This document shows, piece after piece, positions 1-10,255 of a stretch of 64,000 nt of DNA. The notes under the pieces are model-generated. The model worked only from the letters and a program-made list of their open reading frames with translations, made no database searches and had not been told where the DNA came from. Position 1 is the stretch's first letter; each line of letters opens with the position of its first letter. Source of the DNA: Candidatus Omnitrophota bacterium (lineage in GTDB: Bacteria; Omnitrophota; Gorgyraeia; 2-01-FULL-45-10); contig JAUYOL010000001.1 of the NCBI GenBank assembly GCA_030695905.1, positions 66,023 to 130,022 on the forward strand. Reading direction: 5' to 3'. Position numbers and translations under genes: made by a program.

Positions 1-64
1 ACTAAAATAATTACAGTTTTTGTCAACGGCTGTATTGTTCTAAAAGATGGCGGGATAATTTAAG

Positions 65-850
65 ATGAAGCAGTTAAAGGCAAAGATACTTGAAAACAAA
101 ATTGTGGCCCCCGGATTCTATAAAATATGTGTGGAGAGCCCATATCTTGCTAAAGCTACTAAGCCGGGGCAGTTCTTTAAAGTCCGATGCTACGACTCCG
201 GCGAGCCTATTTTGAGAAGGCCGCTGGGAGCGCACAGTATATCGAAAAATAGCGTAGAGATGCTGTATGAAGTCGTGGGCAAAGGGACAGAATTGCTTAC
301 CAAGAAAAAAGCAGGAGACCTTCTCGATATAATCGGTCCTCTCGGCAATGGATTCAGCTTACCCCGGTCTCCGGCCTCCGGCCTCCGATCCCCGATACTG
401 ATAGCAGGCGGCATAGGTGTCGCTCCGCTGCTTGCCTTAGCGCAGAAGATAGCCTCGAAACAGGTAGGATTTCATGTAATAATAGGAGCTAAGACGAAGT
501 CAGGTATTTTGTGCGAAAAGGAGTTTAAAAAATTAGGAGCTTTTGTTATGGTGTCGACCGAGGACGGCTCAAAAGGGCATAAGGGTTATGCCACCGATAT
601 ATTAAAGCATCTATTGAAGACCATTGGCTGCCAGTCGTCGGGCATATACGCGTGCGGCCCACACCCAATGCTTAAGGCCGTGGGCCATATATCGGAGCTT
701 ATGCATATCCCATGCCAGGTATCGCTTGATGAGCGCATGGCATGCGGCGTGGGCGTGTGTTTAGGGTGCCCCGTTAAGGTTAAGTCCGGCGGCTATAAGA
801 TGGTGTGCAAAGACGGCCCGGTCTTTGACGCAAAGGAGATAGCCTGGTGA
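65..850 (+). CDS. pyrK: dihydroorotate dehydrogenase electron-transfer subunit (FAD/NAD-binding, C-terminal 2Fe-2S Cys cluster)
   Basis: Translation has the PyrK-like ferredoxin-reductase fold and the C-terminal CGVGVCLGC motif. It overlaps the next gene (pyrD) by 4 nt. Confidence 0.8.
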   Translation: MKQLKAKILENKIVAPGFYKICVESPYLAKATKPGQFFKVRCYDSGEPILRRPLGAHSISKNSVEMLYEVVGKGTELLTKKKAGDLLDIIGPLGNGFSLPRSPASGLRSPILIAGGIGVAPLLALAQKIASKQVGFHVIIGAKTKSGILCEKEFKKLGAFVMVSTEDGSKGHKGYATDILKHLLKTIGCQSSGIYACGPHPMLKAVGHISELMHIPCQVSLDERMACGVGVCLGCPVKVKSGGYKMVCKDGPVFDAKEIAW

Positions 851-1755
851 GGACAAACGTCAACATAGGCAAGTTAAAATTAAAAAATCCGGTAATGGTT
901 GCCTCTGGCACATTCGGGCCGGAATACAGCGCATTCTTTAATATAAATAAACTGGGCGCATATATAGCGAAAACGGTCACTTTAAACGCGAGAACCGGGA
1001 ATCCGCCACCCAGAATCGCCGAAACTCCGTCGGGGATGCTAAACGCGATAGGCCTTGAAAACACAGGAGTGTTAGATTTTATTAAGAATAAACTTCCAAA
1101 ACTCCAAGGTATAACAATACCCATCATAGCGAGCATAGCGGGAAACGACGCGCGTGAATTTAAGGAGCTGGCAGCGTCTTTGAGCAAAGTCAAAAAAATC
1201 GCGGGGTTAGAAGTAAATCTTTCCTGTCCGAATGTAAAACACGGTAAAAGAGACTTTTTGATCGCGCAGGACGAACGCGCTACATACGAAATAATAAGAG
1301 CTATCCGCAAGGCAACCAGTCTAACCATAATAGCAAAGCTGTCGCCGAATGTTACCGACATAACGAAGATAGCCCAGGCTGCGGAAAGTGCCGGTGCCAA
1401 CGCGGTCTCATTGGTCAATACATTTATAGGCATGGCGGTGGACATCGAGACAAAAAAGCCCATACTCGGAAATGTTACGGGAGGGTTGAGCGGACCGGCG
1501 ATAAAACCCATCGCACTTCGCATGGTAAGAGACGTATATAAAAAAGTGAAGATACCCGTAGTAGGTATTGGCGGAATAATGGATTATAAAGATGCCGCGG
1601 AATTTATTCTATGCGGCGCAACCGCTATCCAGGTAGGAACCGCTAACTTTGTTAACCCAAGCGCACCGGCGGATATTTTGGAAGGCCTAAAAGATTATAT
1701 AATAAAAAATAAAATCAAAGATATCAACTACCTGATAGGAGCGCTTAAAGTATGA
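847..1755 (+). CDS. pyrD: dihydroorotate dehydrogenase catalytic subunit (class 1B)
   Basis: Conserved N-terminus NPVMVASGTFG and a TIM-barrel DHOD pattern. It follows pyrK in an operon. Confidence 0.85.
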   Translation: MRTNVNIGKLKLKNPVMVASGTFGPEYSAFFNINKLGAYIAKTVTLNARTGNPPPRIAETPSGMLNAIGLENTGVLDFIKNKLPKLQGITIPIIASIAGNDAREFKELAASLSKVKKIAGLEVNLSCPNVKHGKRDFLIAQDERATYEIIRAIRKATSLTIIAKLSPNVTDITKIAQAAESAGANAVSLVNTFIGMAVDIETKKPILGNVTGGLSGPAIKPIALRMVRDVYKKVKIPVVGIGGIMDYKDAAEFILCGATAIQVGTANFVNPSAPADILEGLKDYIIKNKIKDINYLIGALKV

Positions 1756-2462
1756 ACGCTAATGAACGCCTTATAGTCGCGTTGGACGTAGACACAAGCC
1801 AAAAAGCGCTTGGGCTTGTAGAGAAACTCAAGAAAGATATTAAAACATTCAAGATAGGCAGCGAGCTATTCACGTCATGCGGGCCGGGCATAGTGGAAGA
1901 AGTGAGAAAAAAAGGCTGTGGAGTATTTCTGGACCTCAAATTTCATGACATACCGAATACGGTGGAAAAATCTGCCATTGCGGCAACAAGGCTCGGCGCG
2001 TTCATATTCAATGTGCACGCGCTTGGAGGCTCGGAGATGATGAAAAGGGCCGGCGCGGCGGTAGCGCAAGAGGCAAAAAAACTTAATATAAATAAGCCAA
2101 AAGTCATAGCGATTACAGTGCTTACCAGCATGGATGAAAATAGCTTGAAGAAGATAGGCATAGATGATAACATGGAAACCCAAGTTTTGAAGCTTGCGAA
2201 ATTAGCTGAAGGTTCCGGCTTAGACGGCGTCGTAGCGTCTCCGGCAGAAGTGAAATTAATCAGAAAAAATTTGGGGAAAGATTTTTTAATAGTTACTCCC
2301 GGAGTAAGGCCTTCATGGGCGGCCAAGGGCGACCAGAAAAGAGTGGCAACTCCGAAAGAAGCCATCGATAACGGAGCCGATTTTATAGTAGTCGGCAGGC
2401 CGATCATAGAGGCCGCGGATCCTGTAGAAGCGGCAAAAAGAGTCTTAGAAGAGATCGGGTGA
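1752..2462 (+). CDS. pyrF: orotidine-5'-phosphate decarboxylase
   Basis: LIVALDV...FLDLKFHDIPNT motif typical of OMP decarboxylase. Sits in the pyr operon. Confidence 0.85.
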   Translation: MNANERLIVALDVDTSQKALGLVEKLKKDIKTFKIGSELFTSCGPGIVEEVRKKGCGVFLDLKFHDIPNTVEKSAIAATRLGAFIFNVHALGGSEMMKRAGAAVAQEAKKLNINKPKVIAITVLTSMDENSLKKIGIDDNMETQVLKLAKLAEGSGLDGVVASPAEVKLIRKNLGKDFLIVTPGVRPSWAAKGDQKRVATPKEAIDNGADFIVVGRPIIEAADPVEAAKRVLEEIG

Positions 2463-3031
2463 TGAACGAAAAAGACGTTTTAGATATATTTAACAAACAA
2501 AATGCTCTTCTGACAGGGCATTTTAAGCTTTCAAGCGGCTTACATAGCGAAAAATATTTGCAATGTGCTCTTGTGCTGCAATATCCGGATATCGCGCAGA
2601 AGCTTTCCGTGGAGCTGGCGAAGAAATTCTCTAAAACAAAGATAGATCTTGTTGTCGGCCCGGCTCTCGGCGGTGTAACGTTCGCGTATGAGGTCGCAAG
2701 AGCCCTGGGCGTAAGAGGACTGTTTACAGAGCGCCAGGAAGGAAAGATGGTGTTGCGCCGCGGGTTTTCGATAGGTAAGGGCGAAAAGGTTTTAGTCGTA
2801 GAAGATGTCGTTACGACCGGCGGATCGACAAAGGAAGTAATAGACGTTGTTAAATCTTGCGGGGCTGATGTTGTAGGTGTAGGCAGTGTAATCGACAGAA
2901 GCAGCGCCGCGATAGATTTTGGCGTGCCTTTTTACGCGCTCGCTAAAGTGAGAGTCGAGACCTTTGAGGAAACCGGCTGTCCACTGTGTAAAAAGAACGT
3001 TCCGGTAACCAAACCTGGTTCAAGGAAGTAA
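2459..3031 (+). CDS. pyrE: orotate phosphoribosyltransferase
   Basis: PRTase motif VLVVEDVVTTGGS and a GHFKLSSG N-terminus. Last gene of the pyr operon. Confidence 0.85.
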   Translation: MMNEKDVLDIFNKQNALLTGHFKLSSGLHSEKYLQCALVLQYPDIAQKLSVELAKKFSKTKIDLVVGPALGGVTFAYEVARALGVRGLFTERQEGKMVLRRGFSIGKGEKVLVVEDVVTTGGSTKEVIDVVKSCGADVVGVGSVIDRSSAAIDFGVPFYALAKVRVETFEETGCPLCKKNVPVTKPGSRK

Positions 3032-3068
3032 CAATATAGCGGTATTTGTAGTATAATATTGAAAATTC

Positions 3069-3143
3069 GGGCAAGTAGCTCAATGGCGGAGCACTCGGTT
3101 TACATCCGATAGGTTACAGGTTCGACCCCTGTCTTGCCCACCA
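3069..3143 (+). tRNA. tRNA-Val (anticodon TAC)
   Basis: Cloverleaf: acceptor gggcaag/cttgccc, T-loop TTCGACC, anticodon loop ttTACat, 3' CCA. Confidence 0.7.
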
Positions 3144-3153
3144 TAAACAAAAA

Positions 3154-3188
3154 TCTCCCACACATAATGGATGTGGGATTTTTGTTTA
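3154..3188. terminator. bidirectional rho-independent terminator between tRNA-Val (+) and nth (-)
   Basis: Hairpin tcccaca-N9-tgtggga, flanked by an A-run upstream and a T-run downstream. Confidence 0.5.
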
Positions 3189-3827
3189 TTTATGGTAGAA
3201 GATCTTTTTGGATGGGCAGAGATTGCCCAGGACACACTCAAGGCACTTAGGTTTTGCTGCGACGCAAATAGCTCGACCATGCGCAATCAGCAGGTCGCTT
3301 AATTTGGGCCAGTCTTTTTTCGGCGTTATCTTCATTAGATCGACCTCGATTTTTACGGGGTCTTCGTTTTTTGTTAGTCCGAGCCGAAGGCTTAAGCGGC
3401 GCACATGCGTATCGACAGCGATGCCTTCTATCTTGCCATAGCCATGTGACAGCACTATATTGGCCGTTTTCCGCGCGACGCCGGGCAGCTCTATCAATTT
3501 CTCCATCGAATCAGGGACCCTGCCTTTAAACTTTTCCACTATAATCTTCGCCGAGCCTATTATATTCTTCGCCTTGCTATGATAGAATCCCGTAGAGCGG
3601 ATCTGCGATTCGAAGGTCTTTAAATTCGCGGACGCGAAATCCGCCGCGGTTTTATATTTTTTGAATAACGGCCCTGTGACGATATTTACTCTCTTATCGG
3701 TACACTGCGCGGAAAGAATAGTAGCTACCAGCAACTGAAGAGTGTTTTTATGCAGGAGGGCCGTTGTAGCGCCGGGGTATTCTTTTTTCAGAAGGTGTAA
3801 GATCCTGCCTATTCTATTTTTTGGCAT
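3186..3827 (-). CDS. nth: endonuclease III (DNA glycosylase/AP lyase)
   Basis: HhH-GPD motif LPGVARKTANIVL and a C-terminal 4Fe-4S cluster CX6CX2CX5C. Confidence 0.85.
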   Translation of the reverse strand: MPKNRIGRILHLLKKEYPGATTALLHKNTLQLLVATILSAQCTDKRVNIVTGPLFKKYKTAADFASANLKTFESQIRSTGFYHSKAKNIIGSAKIIVEKFKGRVPDSMEKLIELPGVARKTANIVLSHGYGKIEGIAVDTHVRRLSLRLGLTKNEDPVKIEVDLMKITPKKDWPKLSDLLIAHGRAICVAAKPKCLECVLGNLCPSKKIFYHK

Positions 3828-4992
3828 GCGCTTTCTTTTCGGCGTCGCGTTTTTTAGCTTTTTTTAAGGATGGGTCGAAGTGCTCAAATTTCAGGAACTG
3901 GCAGATGAAGTTAAAGACAGGCCGAAACATTCTATTTTGGAGCCTTACATAAAGGTGAAGAGGAATAAATTCAAACCCGAGCCTTCTTTTTGGCTCATAT
4001 CCCGTGATGCCCATCGCATATTTTTTTATCTTATTGGCTATACACCAATTAAGGACATCGCGGAACTTCAAAAAATAAAGATGGTACTGGTGGGCTATCG
4101 TATAATCCAGTCCTACATAGTAATCTATCAGAATGTCCTCGGATACAAGGCACAACAAAAACGCCACTAACCTGCCGTCTATCTTCCAAAGGAAATATTT
4201 TACTTTTCCGGGCATGTTCTTAGGCAGGTTTTTAAAGAATGCCGGAGGCAAAAGCTCAAAACCCATGTCATGTTTTTCCACGATATCAAGATACAGCTTA
4301 TACACATCCTTTAACGTGGCATCGTCGGGGTTATCCGCTATCTCCATAGCTATTTTTAATTTACCGTCTACTTTTTTGAACTTTCTCCTTAAGTCATAAC
4401 GGTTGGGCGCGCTTAAGGTATTTAAATATTCCTCGAAGTTTTTAAACTTTACGTCCAGCATGGTTGTGGGCAGGCTGTCGAATTTTTTGAAACCCTTATT
4501 TTTTAGAGGAGCCAGCAAATTTATATATTCATCGCGAAAGTCCTTAAACGCGATTACCGCCGCTTTGTTTTTTCTTGCCGTCTGTTCCAACTTGCGGGAT
4601 ATCGTTTCGATAACGGCTTTACTACACACAGAAGATCCGATGTGGCCTTCCCCCATGGGCATGCCGCACACCAGAGCTTTTAGGCTGAATATATTAGGCA
4701 GGCGTTTTTTTATCGAATTTGTAACACGTCTTAATGGGCCGTTGATACTTGTATCGAGGGAGTAATTTAGCAGGAAGAACGTGGTGGCCGCGACAGGCGT
4801 TTTGCGGTCATAGACCATCAGATAATGCATTGTAAATTGGTCTAAATTCGCTTCGTCGAGATTATTGAAAAAGCCATAATTTTCAAGCACATCGGGGTAG
4901 ACCTTCTTCCAGTCAGTTTCCGGCATATCGGTTATGCGCCTGGTTACCCTTGTCTTAAGGCCTGTTTTTTTATGGCGACGCGATAAGATCAA
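3814..4992 (-). CDS. GNAT-fold acyltransferase, BioF2-like/FemAB-like (Acetyltransf_6 family)
   Basis: 392 aa. Pattern similarity to the DUF482/Acetyltransf_6 family. Lys-rich C-terminal tail. Confidence 0.4.
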   Translation of the reverse strand: MILSRRHKKTGLKTRVTRRITDMPETDWKKVYPDVLENYGFFNNLDEANLDQFTMHYLMVYDRKTPVAATTFFLLNYSLDTSINGPLRRVTNSIKKRLPNIFSLKALVCGMPMGEGHIGSSVCSKAVIETISRKLEQTARKNKAAVIAFKDFRDEYINLLAPLKNKGFKKFDSLPTTMLDVKFKNFEEYLNTLSAPNRYDLRRKFKKVDGKLKIAMEIADNPDDATLKDVYKLYLDIVEKHDMGFELLPPAFFKNLPKNMPGKVKYFLWKIDGRLVAFLLCLVSEDILIDYYVGLDYTIAHQYHLYFLKFRDVLNWCIANKIKKYAMGITGYEPKRRLGFEFIPLHLYVRLQNRMFRPVFNFICQFLKFEHFDPSLKKAKKRDAEKKAHAKK

Positions 4993-5081
4993 TTTTATCG
5001 TCCTTCCGGGTGGATATTACAGAGTCTATGCGGTATATGATATCATTGGTATATATATTTGGCAAGATTTGGTTGTGGGGG

Positions 5082-7130
5082 TTATCTTTCTTTTTTTAGC
5101 ACACCGAGGAAAGCATCCACTATCTTTGGGTCGAATTGAGTGCCCGCGCCGCTTTTAATTATTTTTACCGCTTCTTTTTTTGGAAGCGCTTTGCGGTAGG
5201 GGCGGTCTGAAATTAGCGCCTGGTAGACGTCGGCTATCGCGACTATGCGCGCGCCTATAGGTATGGACTCCTTTCTTAGGCTGTGCGGATATCCTTTGCC
5301 GTTCCACCACTCATGATGGTGGAGAATGACAGGTATAATGTCGCGCAGGGAGTGTATCGGCCTTACAATATCAGCGCCTATCTGGGGGTGCTCTTTAATA
5401 ATTTCTCTTTCCTGTTTCGTTAGTTTCCCGGCCTTAAGAAGGATCTTTTCGGGTACGCCGATCTTCCCAAGGTCGTGCAGCACCGAAGCTTCTTTTATGA
5501 CTTCTATCTTATCTTTTGGCAGGCCAAGCGAATGGGCTATACCCGTAGCGTAGTGGATCGTTTTTTCCACATGCTCACCGGTATAACGGTCTTTTAATTC
5601 GATAGTTTTAGCGAAAGCAAATATAGCTTCTATTACGCTTTGATTCCCGCGGGCGGTAAGCTTTTTTATCTTATTCTTTAACACATCAACACCTGGTTCT
5701 TCCTGTGGCTGTGTGATATCTTTTTTTATTTCCAGATCCACATATGAATATACCCTGTCTCCACCGTCTTCTTTGGCCTTATTCAGTATCTGGTCAGCTA
5801 TGTCGATAAAGTCGATTCCGCAATCGATTCTTTTATCGATAGGGTATGAACTGACTGCCGCGCTTGCCTTGATCTTTACACTGTGTTTTTTATCACCAAA
5901 ACCATGCAAGCGTATCATGTCGAGTATTCTTTGGGCCAGGGTGAGCGCTTCATATTTTCCGGTACCTGGAGATATGATAATAAACTCCTCTCCGCCGAAC
6001 CTTATCACTATATCGTAAACGCGGACCTCTTTTTTTAATAACCTTGCGAACTGTTTTAATATTGTATCGCCGAACTGGTGCCCATAGACATCGTTTATCG
6101 ACTTGAAATAATCTATATCCATCATGATTACAGAAAGCTCCTGGGAGTGTCTTTTTGCGCGCTCAAGCTCCGACTTCATTGCGTCAACAAGATAGTGATG
6201 ATTGTATAGACCGGTATGAGAGTCTTTCAAGGCAAGATGTTTCAGGTTTTCATTTGCCTTCGAAAGCGCGCTGTTTAATTCCATTATCTTATTTTCCGAT
6301 TCTTTGCGCTCTGTAATATCGCGTGTTATCGCGAGCAGCTGATACTTGCCTCCTATGATAGCGCGCCTTAAGCTTACCTCTACCCAAAATGTCCTGCCTA
6401 CCTTATCTTTAACGAGCTGCTCGAAAAGCTGTGGTTGTCCGCGCCCTGCTTTATCATAACTATCCCATACATTCTTTAACATATGAGGGCTCTCTCCCGG
6501 AATGACGGCCTGCAGGTCGAGCCCAGCCATCTCTTCCCTGCGGTAACAAAAAAGCTCGCAAGCTCTTTCATTCGCGTCGATTATTTTATATGTTTTTATA
6601 TCCCTTATTATTATCGCGTCATTCGCTGACTCGAATATAGAATGGTAGCTCTCTTCCGATATTCTGCACGCGTTCTCCATCTCCTTGCGTTGCGTGATAT
6701 CATGGAATACGCCCTGCACCACTTCCTTGTTTTCTATTTCTGTAATAGAACAGCTTATAAGCACCGTCTTTATCTTTCCGGATTTTGTTACTATATCCGC
6801 TTCATCCACACCCATTTTATTAAAAGCCTGGCCGAAGAACATATCTTTGTAGCGCCCTGCTTCATCAGCGGGATGCAGCGTTGTCTGGTGCTGGCCTATA
6901 ATCCCATCCTTAGATCTCTCAAAAAGCTTTTCGGCAGCCTTGTTGCAGTTGATAATAATGCCTGTTTCAGGGTCGGCCCACATGATAGCGTCAAGGGCGT
7001 TCTCGAACGCGAGCCTGAACCTCTTTTCGTTTTCCTGCAATTCCTGGGTGCGGTCTCTTACCAGGTTTTCAAGATGCTCTCTGTAGCGTTTTAGCTCTTC
7101 ATTTTTTTGCTCATGTTCACTCGAGCACAT
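5082..7130 (-). CDS. PAS-PAS-GGDEF-HD-GYP c-di-GMP turnover protein
   Basis: GGDEF active site RFGGEEF. HD-GYP motifs HDLGKIGVP and HHHEWWNGKGYP. Two N-terminal PAS domains. Confidence 0.85.
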   Translation of the reverse strand: MCSSEHEQKNEELKRYREHLENLVRDRTQELQENEKRFRLAFENALDAIMWADPETGIIINCNKAAEKLFERSKDGIIGQHQTTLHPADEAGRYKDMFFGQAFNKMGVDEADIVTKSGKIKTVLISCSITEIENKEVVQGVFHDITQRKEMENACRISEESYHSIFESANDAIIIRDIKTYKIIDANERACELFCYRREEMAGLDLQAVIPGESPHMLKNVWDSYDKAGRGQPQLFEQLVKDKVGRTFWVEVSLRRAIIGGKYQLLAITRDITERKESENKIMELNSALSKANENLKHLALKDSHTGLYNHHYLVDAMKSELERAKRHSQELSVIMMDIDYFKSINDVYGHQFGDTILKQFARLLKKEVRVYDIVIRFGGEEFIIISPGTGKYEALTLAQRILDMIRLHGFGDKKHSVKIKASAAVSSYPIDKRIDCGIDFIDIADQILNKAKEDGGDRVYSYVDLEIKKDITQPQEEPGVDVLKNKIKKLTARGNQSVIEAIFAFAKTIELKDRYTGEHVEKTIHYATGIAHSLGLPKDKIEVIKEASVLHDLGKIGVPEKILLKAGKLTKQEREIIKEHPQIGADIVRPIHSLRDIIPVILHHHEWWNGKGYPHSLRKESIPIGARIVAIADVYQALISDRPYRKALPKKEAVKIIKSGAGTQFDPKIVDAFLGVLKKER

Positions 7131-7166
7131 TTTTACATGTCTCCTAATACGGGTAAAAAAGCAGGC

Positions 7167-7529
7167 TTATCTAATAAACATTCTTATTTTTTCGAGTAGA
7201 TCTGCCGGCTCAAAAGGCTTTAATATGTAGTCATCGGCGCCCATCTCTTTTATTCTTTCAGGGACACGGATGATACTTGCGGTAAATATTATAATAGGTA
7301 TGTGTTTAAAATGTGGATCGGACTTTAATTTTTTGCAAAGCACATCCCCCTGCATTTCGGGCAGAAGCAGGTCCAGCAGTATCAGATCCGGCATCTCTGT
7401 TTTCAGCAGTTTAAGAGTCTCCTCACTGCTCGTCGTCGATAATATGTCGTAGCCGGCGGCTTTTAGTCTCTCCTGGGCGAGGGTAAGAAGATCCGGTTCG
7501 TCCTCAACTATTAGTATTTTTTTTGCCAT
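7167..7529 (-). CDS. response regulator receiver protein (stand-alone REC)
   Basis: MAKKILIVEDE ... LLDLLLP ... K-P REC signature. Start trimmed to the internal ATG abutting the upstream kinase stop. Confidence 0.75.
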   Translation of the reverse strand: MAKKILIVEDEPDLLTLAQERLKAAGYDILSTTSSEETLKLLKTEMPDLILLDLLLPEMQGDVLCKKLKSDPHFKHIPIIIFTASIIRVPERIKEMGADDYILKPFEPADLLEKIRMFIR

Positions 7530-7530
7530 A

Positions 7531-9399
7531 TCATCTTCTCCGTTCTGTGATTGGTAAGACAAAATGTACGGTTGTTCCCTTGCCGAATTCTGACTCGGCC
7601 CAGATCTTTCCTTTATGTATTTCAATAATCTCTTTTGATATGGCAAGTCCTAACCCTGATCCGCCAACCTTTCTTTCCACTTGAGAAAACCGCTTGAATA
7701 GTTTGGGCATATCATCCTCTTTTATTCCACAGCCGGTATCGGTTACCGATACCTGGATGGAATTATCGCCCTTTATGGAAGCTATCGTTATACTGCCCCT
7801 TTTTGTATACTTTACAGCATTGCTGATGAGATTGTTCAGGACCTCTATAATCTTGTCTTTATCGAAATTGGCACGAGGCAACTTATTTTCAAGTTTGAGA
7901 TTAAATTTTAGCCTATTCTTGCTTACCAGGGAAAGCATTGCCAGATGGACCTCGCGGATGATGTCGTTAATATTGTTTTCCTCGAATTTAAGTTTCATCA
8001 TACCAGCGTCGAGCTTTTGGAAGTCCAGCACCTGATTGATTAATCTCGTAAGCCTGTCTATATTCCTTTTTGCTATATCAAGTATATCCTTTTTTTCCGT
8101 ATCTATAATGCCGGTCCTACTTTCGGTGACAAGAGAGAAAGCCTCCTTTATAGCGCTTAGCGGGGTTCTAAGCTCATGAGATACCATATTCATAAAGTCT
8201 TCTTTTGCCGTTATCGCCTGTTTGCGCTCGGTGATGTCACGCACTATAGAAAGAAGGCAGTACCTTCCTCCTATAATCGCCCGTTTTGCGTTGACTTCGA
8301 CCCAGAACTCCCTGCCGAATTTATCTTTAGTAAACCATTCAAAAATCTGTGGTATGCCGGAAGCCGCCTGTTCGTAAAACTGCCTGCATTTTTCAGCGGT
8401 ATATTGGCCAAAACTAATGTAAAAAGGCTCCAAATTTAACCCTATCATTTCCTCTTTAGGATAGCAAAAGATTTCACATGCTTTGCTGTTAACATTTATT
8501 ATGTGGTATGTTTTGATATCGCGAATAATAATTCCGTCATTCGCTGACTCGAATATAGAGTGGTAGCTCTCTTCCGATACCCTGCAAGCGTTCTCCATCT
8601 CCTTGCGCTGCGTAATATCGTGGAATACGCCCTGCATGACCCGTTTATTTTCTATCTCTGTCATAGAGCAGCTTATGAGCACTATTTTTATCTTTCCGGA
8701 TTTTGTCACTATAGTAGCTTCATCCACACCCATTTTGTTCAAAATTTGATTTTTAAACATTTCGGAATAACGTTCTTTTTCATTAGTAGGATGCAGAGTT
8801 GTTTGGTGACGGCCTATTAGTTCATCCTTAGATTTCTCAAAAAGCTTTTCGGCAGCCTTGTTGCAGTTGATAATAATGCCTGTTTCCGGGTCGGCCCACA
8901 GGATAGTGTCAAGGGCGTTCTCAAAAGCGAGCCGAAACTTTTTTTCACTTTCCTGCAGCGCTCGGGTACGATCACCCAGCAATTTTTCCAGATTTTGTTT
9001 ATATAAATTCGTCTCCGAGTCTTTTCTTATGCGCTCACTTATGTCCTCCACCATCTCAACAGCGGCTGTAATATTACCATTGGCATCCTTCAGAGGAGAA
9101 GAGACGATTCTGTAATTGACTATACGGCCGCCCACAGGTGTTTGTGTTATCGCTTCATGCACAAGCCCGTCTTTTAGAGTCAGACAAGTAGGGCAGTAAG
9201 AACAGATGCTATCGCGGGGAGGATTATTAAATGTGCGATAGCATATAGGTTTTTTTGCGACATCTATATAGGGGAACCACTGCCTCATCTTTGTGTTAAG
9301 CGCAAGTATCTGCATATCTGGGCTTATTAGTGCAATGCCTATATCTATGCTATCAACCATGCCCCTGCATATCTCATCAGTTAATCTGAATGTTTCCAT
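7531..9399 (-). CDS. PAS-domain sensor histidine kinase
   Basis: H-box SHELRTPL. HATPase_c with a GSGLGLAISK G2 box. Three PAS repeats. Confidence 0.85.
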   Translation of the reverse strand: METFRLTDEICRGMVDSIDIGIALISPDMQILALNTKMRQWFPYIDVAKKPICYRTFNNPPRDSICSYCPTCLTLKDGLVHEAITQTPVGGRIVNYRIVSSPLKDANGNITAAVEMVEDISERIRKDSETNLYKQNLEKLLGDRTRALQESEKKFRLAFENALDTILWADPETGIIINCNKAAEKLFEKSKDELIGRHQTTLHPTNEKERYSEMFKNQILNKMGVDEATIVTKSGKIKIVLISCSMTEIENKRVMQGVFHDITQRKEMENACRVSEESYHSIFESANDGIIIRDIKTYHIINVNSKACEIFCYPKEEMIGLNLEPFYISFGQYTAEKCRQFYEQAASGIPQIFEWFTKDKFGREFWVEVNAKRAIIGGRYCLLSIVRDITERKQAITAKEDFMNMVSHELRTPLSAIKEAFSLVTESRTGIIDTEKKDILDIAKRNIDRLTRLINQVLDFQKLDAGMMKLKFEENNINDIIREVHLAMLSLVSKNRLKFNLKLENKLPRANFDKDKIIEVLNNLISNAVKYTKRGSITIASIKGDNSIQVSVTDTGCGIKEDDMPKLFKRFSQVERKVGGSGLGLAISKEIIEIHKGKIWAESEFGKGTTVHFVLPITERRR

Positions 9400-9409
9400 A
9401 TTTAGCTAC

Positions 9410-9784
9410 TTAAGCCTTCCCGCTCTCTCTATCTATTATCTCTACTATGCTATCAAGCAGAGAATCCATGCTTGCCGATTTTTCCAGATATTCATCCGCG
9501 CCGGAATATTTGGCTATGGGAGCCGATATTGCCGGATAGCCGGTGAGAAACACGGTTTTTGTATCAAGCTTATTCGTTTTAACATACTTAGCGAGCTCCA
9601 AGCCCGTAAGCCCCGGCATATTAAAGTCCACAAATATTATGTCGTAGTGGTTACTTTTTATCATATCCAATGCCCTGTCTCCGTCATAAGCAAAATCCAC
9701 GCGATGGCCTTTTCCCGTTAAAAATTTCTTTATTATACCTATGAGATCCTTATCGTCATCGGCGATAAGTATATTCTTTTCCAT
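9410..9784 (-). CDS. response regulator receiver protein (CheY-like)
   Basis: ILIADDD ... DIIFVDFNMPGLTG ... REC fold, 124 aa. Confidence 0.8.
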   Translation of the reverse strand: MEKNILIADDDKDLIGIIKKFLTGKGHRVDFAYDGDRALDMIKSNHYDIIFVDFNMPGLTGLELAKYVKTNKLDTKTVFLTGYPAISAPIAKYSGADEYLEKSASMDSLLDSIVEIIDRESGKA

Positions 9785-9799
9785 ATTGGTACCTCCAAT

Positions 9800-10255
9800 C
9801 TATTTGGGCGGTATTTGGTTTAATAAGAGCCAATATAGCCCCAGCTCCGAGACCGCCGTGACAAACTTATCAAACTCTACGGGCTTGGGTATGTAGCTAT
9901 TTGCCCCATATTTATAGCTTTTAACCAGGTCCTCCTCCTCTTTTGAAGAGGTCAGTATTACAACGGGTATTGATTTGGTTTTATCGTCCGTCTTTATTTT
10001 GCGCAATACTTCCAGGCCGTCCACCTTTGGAAGCTTTATATCGAGCAGTATTACTTTCGGCCTGATGCCGTTATTGCCATTCTTTTTTGCCGCATATGCG
10101 CCTTCGTGGAAGATAAAGTCGAGGGCCTCAGCGCCGTCCTTTACCACATAAACTTTATTGGCAAGCCTTCGCTTTTCTAAAACCCTCAAGATAAGCTCGA
10201 TATCGTCAGGATTATCCTCAACCAAAAGAATGTCAGCCGCTTCTTTTATTCCCAT
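9800..10255 (-). CDS. response regulator receiver protein
   Basis: [10 protein letters not shown] ... [12 protein letters not shown] ... YIPKP REC signature. Start set at the internal Met, overlapping the upstream kinase by 23 nt. Confidence 0.75.
   Translation of the reverse strand: MGIKEAADILLVEDNPDDIELILRVLEKRRLANKVYVVKDGAEALDFIFHEGAYAAKKNGNNGIRPKVILLDIKLPKVDGLEVLRKIKTDDKTKSIPVVILTSSKEEEDLVKSYKYGANSYIPKPVEFDKFVTAVSELGLYWLLLNQIPPK

Noticed and set aside
780-2407. Antisense ORFs inside pyrK/pyrD/pyrF (780..1523, 1943..2407, 1875..2183)
   Set aside because: They lie fully inside well-supported sense genes, have low-complexity composition and no ribosome-binding site.
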